Below are positions 12,810-25,506 of a stretch of DNA of 64,000 nucleotides, one piece after another (position 1 is the stretch's first letter; each line of letters opens with the position of its first letter). The notes below the pieces were generated by a model that made no database searches, was not told where the DNA came from, and was given only the letters and a program-made list of their open reading frames with translations. Both the position numbers and the translations under genes were made by a program. Source of the stretch: Squalus acanthias (lineage: Eukaryota); contig CM059432.1 in the NCBI GenBank assembly GCA_030390025.1, positions 138,634,001 through 138,698,000 of the forward strand, given 5' to 3'.

Positions 12810-13053
12810 TTAAAGCTTTTCGTTTTACATACAGACGGCAGCTTTTGACACGTTAGAACCCCTGCGACTACACCTCATTGTCTCAGTTGTATCTTGCTAT
12901 GTCTTTGATGTGGTACCTTCCTGGCTGAGCTGATTAACTTTATCACACCTCGGCAGATAGTCAGGATGATTTAATTTAGTGGTCTGCAATTGTAAGGTAC
13001 ACATGCTTTGTTCTCTATCTATATATGCTTTGGCGATTCTGTATCTATTTACT

Positions 13054-13094
13054 TCACCTGAGGAAGGGACAATCGATAGCTCCGAAAGCTTGTG
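13054..13094 (+). ncRNA. Minimal type I hammerhead ribozyme motif in the Penelope pLTR
   Basis: tcac-CTGAGGA-aggga..gctcc-GAAA-gctt-gtga: stem I tcac/gtga, core boxes CUGANGA and GAAA, palindromic stem III AGCU. Stem II is imperfect. Confidence 0.65.
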
Positions 13095-13329
13095 ATTTCA
13101 AATAAAACTGTTGGACTATAACCTGGTGTTGTGCGACCTCTCAATTTTGTCCACCCCAGTCCAACACCGGCATCTCCGCATCATGAACAATAATGATGGC
13201 AGGGCTACTAATCTCAGGCCATCTGCAATGTTAGCTGCCATCGTAAAAACACTAAAATTTGAAAAAACTCAAAAATTGGTTCAAATGCTAGCAAAACATG
13301 TTATATTGTCAACACAATGGTCATTAAAA

Positions 13330-13880
13330 ATTACCGGAGCACTCGGATATTCACAAGGCAACAAAAGCCTACTGGAATGCATCCAAGATCTTAAGGAAAT
13401 GTGGGTAGAAGTTGGGGGTGGGGTGGGGTGAGGGGGACTATGGGCTGCGGTACAGGGGAAGTACCAGATAGCTGTAAAAAAACTAATATTGTTCCAGATT
13501 TTTTTCAAGTCAGAAACAGGATCCTGAGAATTATAGCCTGTTAGCTTGACATCTATAGTAGGAAAACATTGTAGTCTATTATAAAGGAAGTAATTCAAGA
13601 GTGTTTAACAAAAGTAAAGGCAATAATTCCAACCCAGCATGGGTTCATGAATGGCAGATCATGCCTACCACATTTATTCGAATTCTTTCAAGGTGTGAGC
13701 CAAAATTGGTGGATAAGAGTAATTGGTGGATATTTGGACTTTCAGATTGGTATTTGGTAACATGCCTAAACAAGAAACTTGTAGTTGACATGCATGATCT
13801 TGAGTTAAAGGAAGATGTTGTCAATTGTGTTATAAATGAGGCAACTAGTAGGAAACAAAGGTCTGCGATCATTGGTTATC
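13330..13880 (+). mobile_element. Highly decayed CR1 RT fragment
   Basis: Remnants of NYRPVSLTS (aattatagcctgttagcttgacatct), QHGF and DFQ motifs. Confidence 0.5.
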
Positions 13881-14133
13881 ACTTTAATTTTACAGCTATG
13901 GCCAACACTAAGTAACCCAGTGTTCAGTCCTGCTGTGCATAACATTAACAAATGATCATTGAGAACAATCCAGACCTAATGGGCATGGATCCACAGCACA
14001 AAATTACCGTGGCTTAAATCGGCACTGAATTGGCAATCTCACTCGAAGGGCACAGAATTGCTGGTGTTGGAAATTCAAAAATGTCACTTGTGATAGGGAT
14101 TGAGGAATATTGTAGAGACCGAGTACTGTATAA

Positions 14134-14945
14134 GGGGGGAAAAATTTGGTTGGTTAGCGCCTCCCGTTAGCGCCTCTGGGGGGCGCTAACGGGGGGGCGC
14201 TAGGAACCTAGCGCCGCTCGCGAAATTGACCAGTCGTTTTGCGGTGGCGCTAAGCACTATCGCCACAATCTCCTGCCCCAGCAGATCGTGACGTCAGTCG
14301 AGCGTGCAATGCCCCAGTAGCGCCCCAGACCGGATATTGAGTCGCGCCCCCTGCCGCTAGGAACGTCAGGTAGAGGGGAACGTTTTCAAGTCAGGAAGGG
14401 GCTGGGGGAGCGCTATTTAAAGGCGGGCGCTTCCTGCCTTTTCTTGTCGGCAAAAGTTTTGGTACACGCAGGTTGAGAGGGAGAGAGATGTCTGGAGAGA
14501 TTTAACGCTGTCCTAAGGAGTTTTGGCCCTCAGCGCCACTTTTGAGGTTCCTAAGCGCTGAGCTCTTTCCCTGGGCCTATCCATTAGTGGTTCCAACACA
14601 ATTGCTTTAGAGAGATCTCCAGGCCAAGATTCAAGGCTGCAATGAGCAGGGTGTGGCCGGCCAGCAAGATGGTCCCTCCCCTTTAAGAACTGGACGGCGC
14701 CAGTCTGTCTGGTTTCCATGGTAATTGGCATCGCCTGAGCTTCGGTAGCGTTCTGAGGTAGCGCCTCACTCCCTGACGTTTGCACCTTAAGAGAGGTGTG
14801 TAGCACCTGATTTGGCGCTCAAATCACCTCCAGGGGGCGATAGAGGCAAATTTTGCAGTTGGAGGCGATAATTAGCGCTGGGCGCTAAACTTTGCACCCG
14901 GCCGATATTAGCGCCCCAAAATGAGCGATACCGAATTTTTCCCCC
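14134..14945. mobile_element. Non-autonomous PIF/Harbinger element, family A
   Basis: TIR GGGGGAAAAATT / AATTTTTCCCCC; TSD TAA/CAA; homologous throughout to 25103-26010. Confidence 0.85.
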
Positions 14946-15065
14946 AAGGAGATTTACTTTGCATCTGACTATGCTACACCTGCCCTTGGAGTGCTCCATT
15001 TCTAACAATAACATCCCTCACTGGTCAGCACAAATAGTCATAAAAATGATCTTGATTAAAGTATC

Positions 15066-16165
15066 ATCATAGAATCTTACAGCACAGAAGGAGGTCATTC
15101 AGCCCATCGTGCCTGTGCCGGCTCTTTGAAAGAGCTGTCCAATTAGTCCCATTCCCTGCTCTTTCCCCGTAGTCCTATAAATTTTTCCTTTTCAAGTATT
15201 TATCCAATTCCCTTTTGAAAGTTACTATTGAATCTGCTTCCACCGCCCTTTCAGGCAGTGCATTCCAGATCATAACAACTCGCTGCCTAAAAAAATTCTC
15301 CTCATCTCCCCTCTTGTTCTTTTGCCAAATATCTTAAATTGGTGTCCTCTGCTTACGACCCTCCCGTCAGTGGAACAGTTTCTCCTTATTTACTCGATCA
15401 AAACCCTTCATGATTTTGAACATCCCTTGGCCTTCTCAGTTCGAAGGAGAACAATCCCAGCTTCTCTAGTCTCTCCACATAACTGAAGTCCCTCATCCCT
15501 GGTACCATTCTAGTAAATCTCCTCTGCATCCTTTCCAAGGCCTTGTCATCCTTCTGAAAGTGTGGTGCCCAGAATTGAACATAATACTCCAGCTGAGGCC
15601 TAACTAGTGATTTATAAAGGTTTATCATAACTTCCTTGCTTTTGTACTCTATGCCGCTATTTATAAAGCCAAGGATCCCATATGCTTTTTTAACAGCTTT
15701 ATCGACTTGTCCTGCCACCTTCAAAGATCTGTGTATGTCAAACCCCAGGTCTCTCTGTTCCTGCACCCCCTTTAAAATTGTACCCTTTAGTTTGTATCGC
15801 CTCTCCTCATTCTTCCTCCCAAAATGCATCACTTCACACTCTCTGCGTTAAACTGGATCTGCCATGTGTCTGCCCATTTCACCAGTCTGTCTCTGTCCTC
15901 CTGAAGTCTGCTGCTACCCTCCTGTTTACTGCATTTCCAAATTTTGTGTCATCTGCAAACTTTGAAATTATGCCCTGTATACCCAAGTCCTGATCATCAA
16001 TGTACCTCAAAAAGAGCAGTGGTCCTAATACTGACCCCTGGGGAAACACCACTGCATACTTCCCTCCAGTCTGAAAAACTACCGTTCACCACTACTCTCT
16101 GCTTTCTGTCTCTTAGCACATTTCATATCCAGGCAGCCACTGCCCTTTTAATCCCAGGGCTTCAT
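15066..16165 (-). mobile_element. CR1 LINE 3' fragment (RT to tail)
   Basis: ORF 15398-15832 (LVRPQLEY..QFWAP), an FADD region, and the catagaat tail. Confidence 0.85.
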
Positions 16166-16639
16166 CTATGAAAAGTAGAATGTTTACTTTTACAGATGAT
16201 TCAAATTGTGTAGTAAAGGATAAAATTTAGAGTTCTAGAGAGCGGTGTATAACATGTTTAGTTTTGAGCTTGAAATTTTGCCCTCTGTTTATTTTGTAAT
16301 ATGTTCGGAATTGTTGTGTGTATTTGAGAGAAAACCAGAACCATGAACAGCAGAGAAAGAGTTAACTGAAGGGAGAGAAATCCTGGGAAGGCTTGTACCA
16401 TTAGTCAATTTGTCATTTTGAGGAGGAATTCTGGATAAAAGCCCTGAACATAAATACTAAAATTGATTCCTTAACTGAGTGCTCACAGGGAGACTTTGGG
16501 AAGTTGCAATCCCACAGCCCCTGATTTGCTGTCTATTTAAATTAACAGATGAAGATGAAGAGGTTGTGGGCCCATGATTTCTTGACCAACACTCTCTGTG
16601 AGCGCCACTCCCCGTGAGATGAAATCAACCCCGTTATCT

Positions 16640-16982
16640 TATAGCATCGTATAGCACAGGAGGAGGCCATTCGGCCCATCGTGCATGTGGCAGCTCTTTG
16701 AAAGAGCGATCCGATTAGTCCCACAACCCCTGTTCTTTCCCCCTGGCCCTGCAAAATGTTTCCCCTTCAAGTATTTATCCAATTCCCTTCTGAAATGTAT
16801 TATTTAATCAGGCAGAGCATTCCAGATCATAACAACTCGCTGTGTAAAAACAATTCTCCTCATCTCCCCTCTGGTTCTTTTGCCAATTACCTTAAATCTG
16901 TGTCCTCTGGTTACCGACCCTTCTGCCAGTGGAAACAGTTTCTCCCTATCTACTCTATCAAAACCCCTCATCATTTTGAATG
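16640..16982 (-). mobile_element. CR1 3' fragment
   Basis: Same 3' UTR as 15066-15420. Confidence 0.8.
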
Positions 16983-17216
16983 GGAGGTTCTGTCCCCGGG
17001 TGGAATATTAACAGAACTTTTTTAGTTGCACTAAATAATGTTGCTGATATGTTGGATGGAGTAGGAAAGGTAAAAGTTAGTTGAATTACTTCTTAACTTT
17101 TATAATTTTTGGTTGTCACTATAATATCCCATCTCTAACCCAATGGCAAGGGGTGTTTGTCTGATACTTGTAGTTGGCCTGGTCTCCATGTTTTAACCAC
17201 ACCAAGCTGACACCTA

Positions 17217-17610
17217 GGGAGAGAGAGAGATGGAGCGAGAGGGAGGGAGGGAAAGAGTGTGAGGGGGAGAGAGAGGAGAGAGAGAGGAGGAGGAGGGGAG
17301 AGAGAGAGGGAGCAGGGAAGAGAGAGAGTGAGAGGGGAAAGAGAGGAGAGAGAGGGAGAGAGGGGAGAAAGAGGGGGAGAGAGAGGGGAGAGAGGAAAGA
17401 GAGGGAGAGAGAGGGAGAGAGAGGAGGAGGAGGGGGAGAGAGAGGGAGCAGGGAAGAGAGAGAGAGAGGGGTGAGAGAGTAAGAGGGGAAAGAGAGGAGA
17501 GAGAGGGAGAGAGGGGAGAAAGAGGGGGAGAGAGAGGGGAGAGAGGAGAGGGGGAAAGAGAGAGAGTTAGAGGGCAGAGAGAGGGAGTGTGTGTGTGAGA
17601 GAGAGAGACA
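17217..17610. repeat. ~390-bp polypurine (GA-rich) tract with internal duplication
   Basis: Almost only G/A; a block near 17300-17395 is repeated near 17440-17545. Confidence 0.9.
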
Positions 17611-18351
17611 GAAAAACGTGCCTGTTGGGATCAGTGTGATGTATATGAAGAAATATTCTGTGCAAACCAGAAAACATGATTAGTAACTGAGCAGGCAACA
17701 GGTGAGCGAAGGAACATCTTCCAGACCGCCACCGAGTCAATAACACTTCCTCCTTACAAGTGTTCAGAAAAAAATCGGGTCAGTTGCTGATTTGGAGCAG
17801 GGCAATGATTGCAAACAATGGTCAGATCAGGCCCTGATGATGGAATACGCTGGGATGGGCTGAATGGCTTTGCCTAAAGTATAACTTTGGTCCATTCTTC
17901 TATTTCTGAATTTTTAAGAATTGATACTTCCTTCATTCGATGTTATTCCTGTCTTCCTATTCACGGTGCCCTCTCGCTCCCACTGTGCTTTGCACCATTT
18001 TCTGCTCTAGAGGGCAGACAAGCAACCTGTTCACAGGCCTTTGTCAAAGATACTCCTGAATCAGCCTTTAGGAGCTATGTGAAATTGGCCCGGGTTGATT
18101 TGCTTTCCAATTTTCCCCTCCTTGCCGAGGAGAAATGCAGTCATCCACAGCTGGCCCAGATGTTGTCAAGTATTCACCGTGTTATGAATTGCACATAAAA
18201 CCTGCGGGAGGATTCTCTGTGTGGGCCACCTATGCATGGAGTTTTAAACATCACCCTCAGAATGTACTAAGGTGCAGGATGCCACACTAGTAACAGAGCA
18301 TTCACTAACATTCCTTCACATGAATGAGGGACCCCGCAGCTCATGAACGCG

Positions 18352-19303
18352 ACAACAACAACTTGTATTTATATAGCACCTTTAACGTAGTAAAACGTCC
18401 CAAGGTGCTTCACAGAAGTATTATAAGACAAAAAAATTTGACACCGAGCCACATAAGGAGAAATTAGGGCAGGTGACCAAAGCTTGGTCAAAGAGGTAGG
18501 TTTTAAGGAGCGTCTTAAAGGAGGAAAGAGAGGTAGCGAGGCGGAGAGGTTTAGGCAGGGAATTCCAGAGCTTGGGGCCTAGGCAACAGAAGGCACGGCC
18601 ACCAATGGTTGAGCGATTATAATCAGGGATCCTCAAGAGGGCAGAATTAGAGGAGCGCAGATATCTCGGTGGGGTTGTGGGGCTGGAGGAGATTACAGAG
18701 ATAGGGAGGGGCGAGGCCATGGAGGGATTTGAAAACAAGGATGAAAATTTTGAAATCGAGGCGCTGCTTAACCGGGAGCCAATGTAGGTCAGCGAGCACA
18801 GGGGTGATGGGCGAACGGGACTTGGTGTGAGTTAGGACACGGGCAGCCGAGTTTTGGATAACCAAGTTTACGTAGGGTGGAATGTGGGAGGCCAGCCAGG
18901 AGTGCGTTGGAATAGTCAAGTCTAGAGGTAACAAAGGCATAGATGAGGGTTTCAGCAGCGGATGAGGTGAGGCAAGGGCGGAGACGGGCGATGTTACGGA
19001 GGTGGAAGTAGGCGGTCTTTGTTATGCTGCGGATATGTGGTCGGAAGCTCATTTCAGGGTCAAATATGACACCAAGGTTGCGAACAGTGTGGTTCAGCCT
19101 CAGACAGATGTTAGGGAGAGGGATGGAGTCAGTGGCTAGGGAACGGAGTTTGTGGCGGGGACCGAAAACAATGGCTTCGATCTTCCCAATATTTAATTGG
19201 AGAAAATTTCTGCTCATCCAGAACTGTATGTCGCTCAAGCAGCCTGACAATTCAGAGACCGTGGAGGGGTCGAGAGAATAGGTAGTGAGGTAGAGCTAGG
19301 TGT
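18352..19303 (-). mobile_element. L2 LINE 3' fragment (~950 bp)
   Basis: ORF 18789-19250 (WMSRNFLQLN...RNLGVIFD...TAYFHLRNIARLRP...SRLDYSNALLAGLP) is typical L2 ORF2; (caa)n tail. Confidence 0.9.
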
Positions 19304-19813
19304 ACAGGGACTCGTGACCTCTGAGGGTCTTCATCCCAAAATAAAAGAATGTTGACTGACCAGAAACATTTGATTCACTATTTAATAATGGCAATCCGAG
19401 AGAGATTTCTTCTTATTTTATTTTAATGTCCCGATGATTAATTTGCACAATTCATTATAAATATTAATATTTTCTCACCATATTTTATATTTTAAGATGG
19501 TTTTTCATAATCAGCAGTGAAGTTAGATAAAAATTGAATCATGACCAATTGATTACATGTCATGGTTTTCTATTGAGAATACAACATCTGCACATGACAA
19601 TCTGCTTTTGCCTTGTGGGAAATACAATATCCAATATCAACAGTGCTCAAAGAGTAAGATTTGATATTATAGACCCCCTCATTATATACATCATTTTTTA
19701 TTCATTCTCCTCCACCAGATTCTCCACATCCATTCAGTTTTTAAAACTTTTTTTGTGGGGTACGGGTTAAGTTTCAATATTCAATTCCCTCAAGCGAGAG
19801 CCGGACCTGTTAC

Positions 19814-20325
19814 ATTCTCGGGATGTGGGCGTCGCGGGCAAGGCCGGCATTTATTGGCCATCCCTATTTGCCCTGAGAAGGCCTTCTTCTTGAACCGCTG
19901 CAAGCAGTTTGATACAATTGAATAGCTTGCGAGGCCACTTCAGAGGGCGGTTAAGAATCAGCCACGTTGGCGTGGCTCTGGAGTCAGATCGGGTAAGGAC
20001 GGCAGGTTTCCTTCCCTGGAGGGCATTGGTGAACCAGTTTACGACAATCCGACAGTATCATGGTCACTTTTGCTGATTGCAGCTTTTTATTTCCAGATTA
20101 TTCGTTAAACTGAATTCAAATTCTCAAATTGCCATGGTGAGATTTAGAACTCATGCTCTCTGGATTATTAGTCCAGTAACCTAACCACTACACTCTCCAC
20201 CGTAACCACAGATGGCGTGGTAAAATCACAGGCGTAGGCTTGTATCCCATCATTTCGGTGATGCCATGGTGGGATTTCAACTCACGTTCTCTGGATTACT
20301 AGTCCAGCAACATCACCACTACCAC
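19814..20325 (-). mobile_element. tRNA-derived SINE sharing its 3' tail with the LINE at 28372-30926; head region duplicated
   Basis: Tail gatgtgggcgtcgc..ggcatttattg.ccatccct is the reverse complement of 30860-30908; tRNA-like heads (tggattactagtccag) near 20130-20200 and 20260-20325. Confidence 0.65.
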
Positions 20326-20669
20326 ACCCAATGACACATCTTGTTGTTGATGTATCATCGGGAACTCCATTCTTTATAGGTGAGGATGTGTCCTGGAAGC
20401 CACTTTGCCTCTTCGCTCAGTCTTTTTATGAAGAATCAGAGAGTGCTAAAGGATGTTGACTGACACGGTGTTGGCACAAAATGAAGATGTCAAGCAGAAT
20501 TTCTGGACAGTAGCAGAATTAAACTCAGTGCAAAACACAATTTTTTCGTCCTTAAGTAATAGTTGCCATTTAAAAAAAAAAATATTCAGATGCGGGTATA
20601 ATTCTGCAGTGTATCACAGGGTTTCAGAGTGCAGGATCATGCTCATAATTCCCACACGCTGTATTTAGC

Positions 20670-20880
20670 CTCTTTGCCTGGTCAAACAGCCTCCTCCCCA
20701 TCTCCAATATTTTGACAACTAATGCACAAAAGTGTTCAAAGAAATTTTTTTTAAATTACATTATTATTTTTTTAAACGCCCCTTTGATTTTTCTCCCGGG
20801 TGTTGCTCCCAGCAGTGTCCTGGAGATTCACCTTTCATTCCTGGAGACTCCAGGGCCATCCTGGAGGGTTGGCAACCCTA
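20670..20880. mobile_element. DNA transposon fragment (hAT-like end)
   Basis: Ends in ggttggcaacccta, with repeated cctggag subterminal motifs; the other end was not found. Confidence 0.45.
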
Positions 20881-21250
20881 ATCCACCTTTCAGTAGCTCG
20901 TTATAAAATGGTGTTAATGAAATCCTGGGAATAGGTTATCTGCTCACCCATCTTGGTAAGGCTACTGTGTGTGTCGTGGAGGAAGGGGGTACTTTAAAAA
21001 AAAATCTCTAGGTCCTCAGATCCATTCAGCCCTACAGAAGCTTCCTTAAAAACAAGTCACCTTCGACTTTCTTTTGTATGTTGGGAACGGGAGTTTATCC
21101 ATTTACTTTTGGCTAGTATTGGAGTAATGGTACTTCTGCTGGCAGGAAATGCTCAGCAGAAAGAGGAGAATTTGGTGTAAATGTTAGCTTCTGAAGAGTA
21201 AAAATGCCGTCATAGAATACACTGGAGCAAATCGCCAAATGAGGACTCAT

Positions 21251-21976
21251 GGCCCTGAATCTGCGGTCAGCAGCGAAGCGAAGGTGTTCGCTGCTGGCCC
21301 CGAAGTACGCTCCGCCCAAGGTTCTCGCGATCCCTGTGTCGGGAACTTCGGGTTTTCCGACCTTGAATTCAATTCAACGGAGTTTAATGGGAATCTCCTT
21401 GTACGAGTTGCTGTGCAGCCAATCAAAAGGCAGAATTCTCAGACAGCAAACAAGGAAGTGAGTAAGCCCTTAAAATTCTAACTTTTTAAAATAGTTAGAA
21501 AGAGCAAAACAAAGATTGGGGCTCTCACACGGGGAAAAGGCAAACCTGAAATAAAGTCGCACAAATTTTAAAAAAAAAGGTTTACAACAATTCTTTTGAA
21601 AAGTTTCGTTTAAAATTTTACTTTTTTATTAAAATGGACAAATTTCACACTGCACAAAATTAAAATTAGTTTTCCAGGCCGTTAACATTTGTTCAGCAGT
21701 CAATATGCTGTTAAAACCCCAGTTACACCTAATCCCTTTGGGTCTAACTTTTAGTGAGGAATTTAACAGCGTACTTACTGCAGAAGAGCCAAAGTTTTCA
21801 TCAGTTTCAATGATTTATGAGATTCCACTGATTGCCGGCTCTATGGGGGAGGGTAGGCTGTTTCGGAGTTGTCATTGACAGACTGCAATTTTGGGATTTC
21901 CACATGCACTTGCGCATGGGCTAAATCTTGGAATTGCGGTCAGTTTCAAAGGCGGAATGACGGCAAATTTCAGGCC
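21251..21976. mobile_element. Non-autonomous PIF/Harbinger-like element
   Basis: Degenerate TIR GGCCCTGAATCTGCGGTCA / TGACGGCAAATTTCAGGCC; TSD CAT/AAT. Confidence 0.65.
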
Positions 21977-22374
21977 AATAATGTTAACTTAGGCAAAGCT
22001 AAATCCCTGCAATTACTCCTGCAACTGGCTCAGAAATACATTGGTGCTGGTGCAACAAGAAGGGTGTCTTCACGAAAGCAAAGATCTTAAGCACACCGAG
22101 TCCGATTTTCTGTTCCTATTGCAAGGGTAAAGTAATTTGGTGCTTGCTGACCTCGGGGAATTTCCTGAAGTCAGTCTCAATTGGCCAGGCTCAGTGAACT
22201 CGCGGCGGTGCATTGGGCAGAGGGGAGCGGTGTCAGTGTCGGGGAAATTGCACATGTTCTCAGCTCCTAAAGGGAGACAGAAATTGTTCCACCATACTCA
22301 TTTGAAATATTTGTTTGTCTTTTGGAAAACAAAGACAAACAAATGTTTCAAATGAGTATTTTTAAAGAGCTCTT

Positions 22375-22755
22375 CATAGAATGATACAGCACAGAAGGAG
22401 GCCTGTGCCGGCTCTTTGTAAGAGTTATCCAATTAGTCCCACTCCCCCCTGCTCTTTCCCCATAGCTCTGCAAATTTCTCCATTTCCAGCAAACATCCAA
22501 TTCCCTTCTGAAAGTTACTATTGAATCTGCTTCCTCCACCCTTTCAGGCAGTGCATTCCAGATCACAACAACGCGCTGCGTAAAAAAAGATTCTCCTCAT
22601 CTTCCCCTTGGCTTTTTTTGCCAATTATCTTAAATCTGTGTCCTCTAGTTACTGAACCTCCTGCCAATGGAAACAATTTCTCCCTATCTATTCTATTCAA
22701 TCTCCTCAGAATTTTGAAGACTTTTATTAAATCTCTCCTAAATCTTTTCCAAAGG
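22375..22755 (-). mobile_element. CR1 3' fragment
   Basis: catagaat tail and WNALPERV motif. Confidence 0.8.
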
Positions 22756-23944
22756 TTACATGAGGGGTGAAGTGGTGCCTGGAAACAATCAGCAGGTTAT
22801 GGAGGCAGCCTGTGTATAAGTGATGTTTGGCGTTTCAGGGCGCACACCCTGGAGAGTAGCAGGGCTGTCATAGGCTTCATTATCAAGAGTTGTGTATGGA
22901 GCTGAACACTGTAAAATCGTCAGCCAGCAGCCCCACTCCTGACCACATGACGGAGGGAAGAACATTGGTGAAGCAGCTAAAAATGGTTGGGCCGAGGACG
23001 CTGCCCTGAAGATCTTCTGTAGTGACGCCCTGGGGTTGCGATGATTAGCCTCGGACAACCACGACCATCTTCCTTTTAGTCTAGTTAGACTTAACACCCA
23101 TGGATCTTAGGTTTGCTAGGGTTTTTGGAGCCATACTTGGTTGTATGCTGCTTTGACGGCGAGGTCACCTCTTCTCTGGCATTCAGCCCTTGAATCCATG
23201 ACTGGATCAAGGCTTTGACGTGGTTCTGACAGAAGCTGAACTGAGAGCCAGCGAGCATGCTATTGGTGAGCAGGCTTCATTTGGTGGCACTGTTGATGAC
23301 TTCTTCCATCACCTTTCTGATGATTGGGAGGCGGCTGATACAGCGGTAATTGTCCTGCAGGTAAAACATATCTGGGCAATTTTCCACATTGTTGGATAGA
23401 TGCCAATGTCATAGCTGTACTGGAATAGCTTGGCTGGTGGTGGGGTGGGGGGTTGCACTGGGGTGATGTGACTAGTTCTGGTGTGCAGGTCTAAAGCCAG
23501 ATGCTGTCAGAGTTCACAGCCACCCCTGTGTCCAGTGCACTCAGCAGCTTCTTAACGTTATGTAGAGTGAAGCTAATTGGTTGGACACTGACCTCCAAGG
23601 TGGTGGGGGGGCTCGGGCATTTTTGATGTTTGAGCCTCGTCACTTGTACTCCTAGACTGGGCTTCACCATGGTCGAGGATGGGGATGTTTGTGGAGCTTC
23701 CTCCTCCCGTTAGTTGACCGATTGTCCGTCACCATTCTCAACTGGATGTGGTAGGGCAACTGAGCTTCAATCCGATACATTGGTTGTGAGACTACCTAGA
23801 CCTTTCTGTAGCCTGCTGTTTTCTGTGTTTAGCATGCATAAGTTCTGTGCTGTAGTTTCATTAGGCTGGTACCTCATTTTAAGATATGTCTGATGATACT
23901 CCTGATGTGCCCTTCTATACTCTCCACTGAGCTAGGGTTAGGAG

Positions 23945-24094
23945 CAATGTTCCCTGTAATTTTGTTTCATGCAAGGGGCCGTGCGTGCCATTCAAAATAC
24001 TGCCCACGTGCGGGTTTTGCACGGAAAAGCCGGCAAGCTGGCTACACAAGGTCCCTGGAACGCTGCAGGGCCGCGCAACTTACAGGGAACGTTG
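23945..24094. mobile_element. 150-bp hAT-type MITE
   Basis: 15-bp TIR CAATGTTCCCTGTAA / TTACAGGGAACGTTG; perfect 8-bp TSD GTTAGGAG (23937-23944, 24095-24102). Confidence 0.9.
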
Positions 24095-24182
24095 GTTAGG
24101 AGTGAGGGATGCGTCAGGCCATGAGGTTTCACATTGCGGTGGCATATAATTCTGCTGCTGATGATGACCCACAGTACGCTCA

Positions 24183-25012
24183 GGGGGCGGGTTTGGAGGC
24201 GGGACCTCCGGCAAAATCGCAAAGATTGACAGTGGGCAGGAAACCCGCTGTCATCCCGCCTCCAATCAATCGTCCCAGGTGTCGGGTCCCCGATTTGCGC
24301 ATGGACCTGACACCTAGCGGCGGGAAGAGGATTATAGGCACTTAACTGCTTGTCAACAGGTTGTTAACAGGCAGTTAAGAGGCTTTTTCCAATTTTGACA
24401 GGTCTACTGCAGGCTTCCCGATGTCGGGACACCACGCCAGGTAAGTGTGGCGGGCTGTGGGTCTACTGTAATGTTTGTGCATTGATGACAGCTGCAGAAG
24501 TGGTGTGAAGGATCCAATGGTACACTGGTGAGTTTCAGAGGTCAGAAAATGTTGGGAAAATCATTTTTAATGTATTTAGACTTTTCTGTCGGTAACAAGT
24601 TTTGAAGTGTTTGTGTAGTCCCACCTCATTGGGAGAACCTCTCTCACCAGTGACAGATCGCTTCTGTAACCTCACCTGCAGCTGCCATCTGTTCTAGCCT
24701 AAGGAGGGAGTTACTGGAGAGCCTGTGTGCAAGGGCTCACCTTTGTACAGTGATTGCAGCACCTCAATGCTGTCAAACCCTGAAAAATCACCTGTCAAAA
24801 AAAACTGTGTGTGGCCCCTTTAAGACGCGTCATCAACTGACATCATCTGACACCACCTTTCTCTTAATTGGCCGGCAAGCCCTTAGGGCGGGCTTAACAA
24901 GGCCAATTGATGCAAAATAGCGTCTGTGCATCGCACGTCATTGGGGGCGGGATCGGAACCCAGAAGACAGCTGTCCCACCCCCAAGCCACATCAAAAGGT
25001 AAAATCCAGCCC
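24183..25012. mobile_element. PIF/Harbinger MITE with damaged left TIR
   Basis: Right TIR aaaatccagccc; TSD TCA (24180-24182, 25013-25015); host LINE is continuous across the insertion. Confidence 0.7.
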
Positions 25013-25102
25013 TCAGAGTGCCCAGGTTTGGGCTGCTAGATCTGTCTTTAGTCTGTCCCACCAGCATCGCAATAGTGCCACACTACACAATATAGAGTTA
25101 TA

Positions 25103-25471
25103 GGGGGAAAAATTCAGTTGGTTGCGCCTCCCGTTAGCGCTTTAAGAGGGCGCTAATGGGGCGCAAAGCATCTAGCGCCCGTGAGCGGCGATGTTTGCGC
25201 CGCTTGCAAAATTAACTAGACAGTTTGCGGCGGCGCTAAACACTACCGCCACGATCTCCGGCGCCGGCAGATCGTGACGTCAGTCGAGTGCGCAACGCCC
25301 CGGTATCGCCCCGGAGCGGATATTGAGTGGCGCCCCCTGCCTTACCGCCTGCCGCTAGCAACGACAGGTTGAGTGGAGCGTTTTTCAGTCAGGAAGGGAC
25401 TGGGGGAAGCGCTATTTAAAGGTGACCGCTTCCTGCCTTTTATTGTTGGTGACATTTTTGAACCACGCATT

Positions 25472-25506
<35 letters not shown>

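Larger units (their letters stand above)
11790..13185 (+). mobile_element. 5'-truncated Penelope-like retroelement (RT C-terminus, GIY-YIG endonuclease, 3' pseudo-LTR)
   Basis: ORF 11843-12724 contains SFHPNHVK..IPYGQALR..RICS (PLE RT C-terminus), a CxxxxCxxC linker and VVYLIRC..C..WYIGET..LRQRMNEH (GIY-YIG); a pLTR with a hammerhead motif follows. Confidence 0.9.

Noticed and set aside
17174..17482. E/R/G-rich ORFs
   Set aside because: Translations of a GA low-complexity tract.
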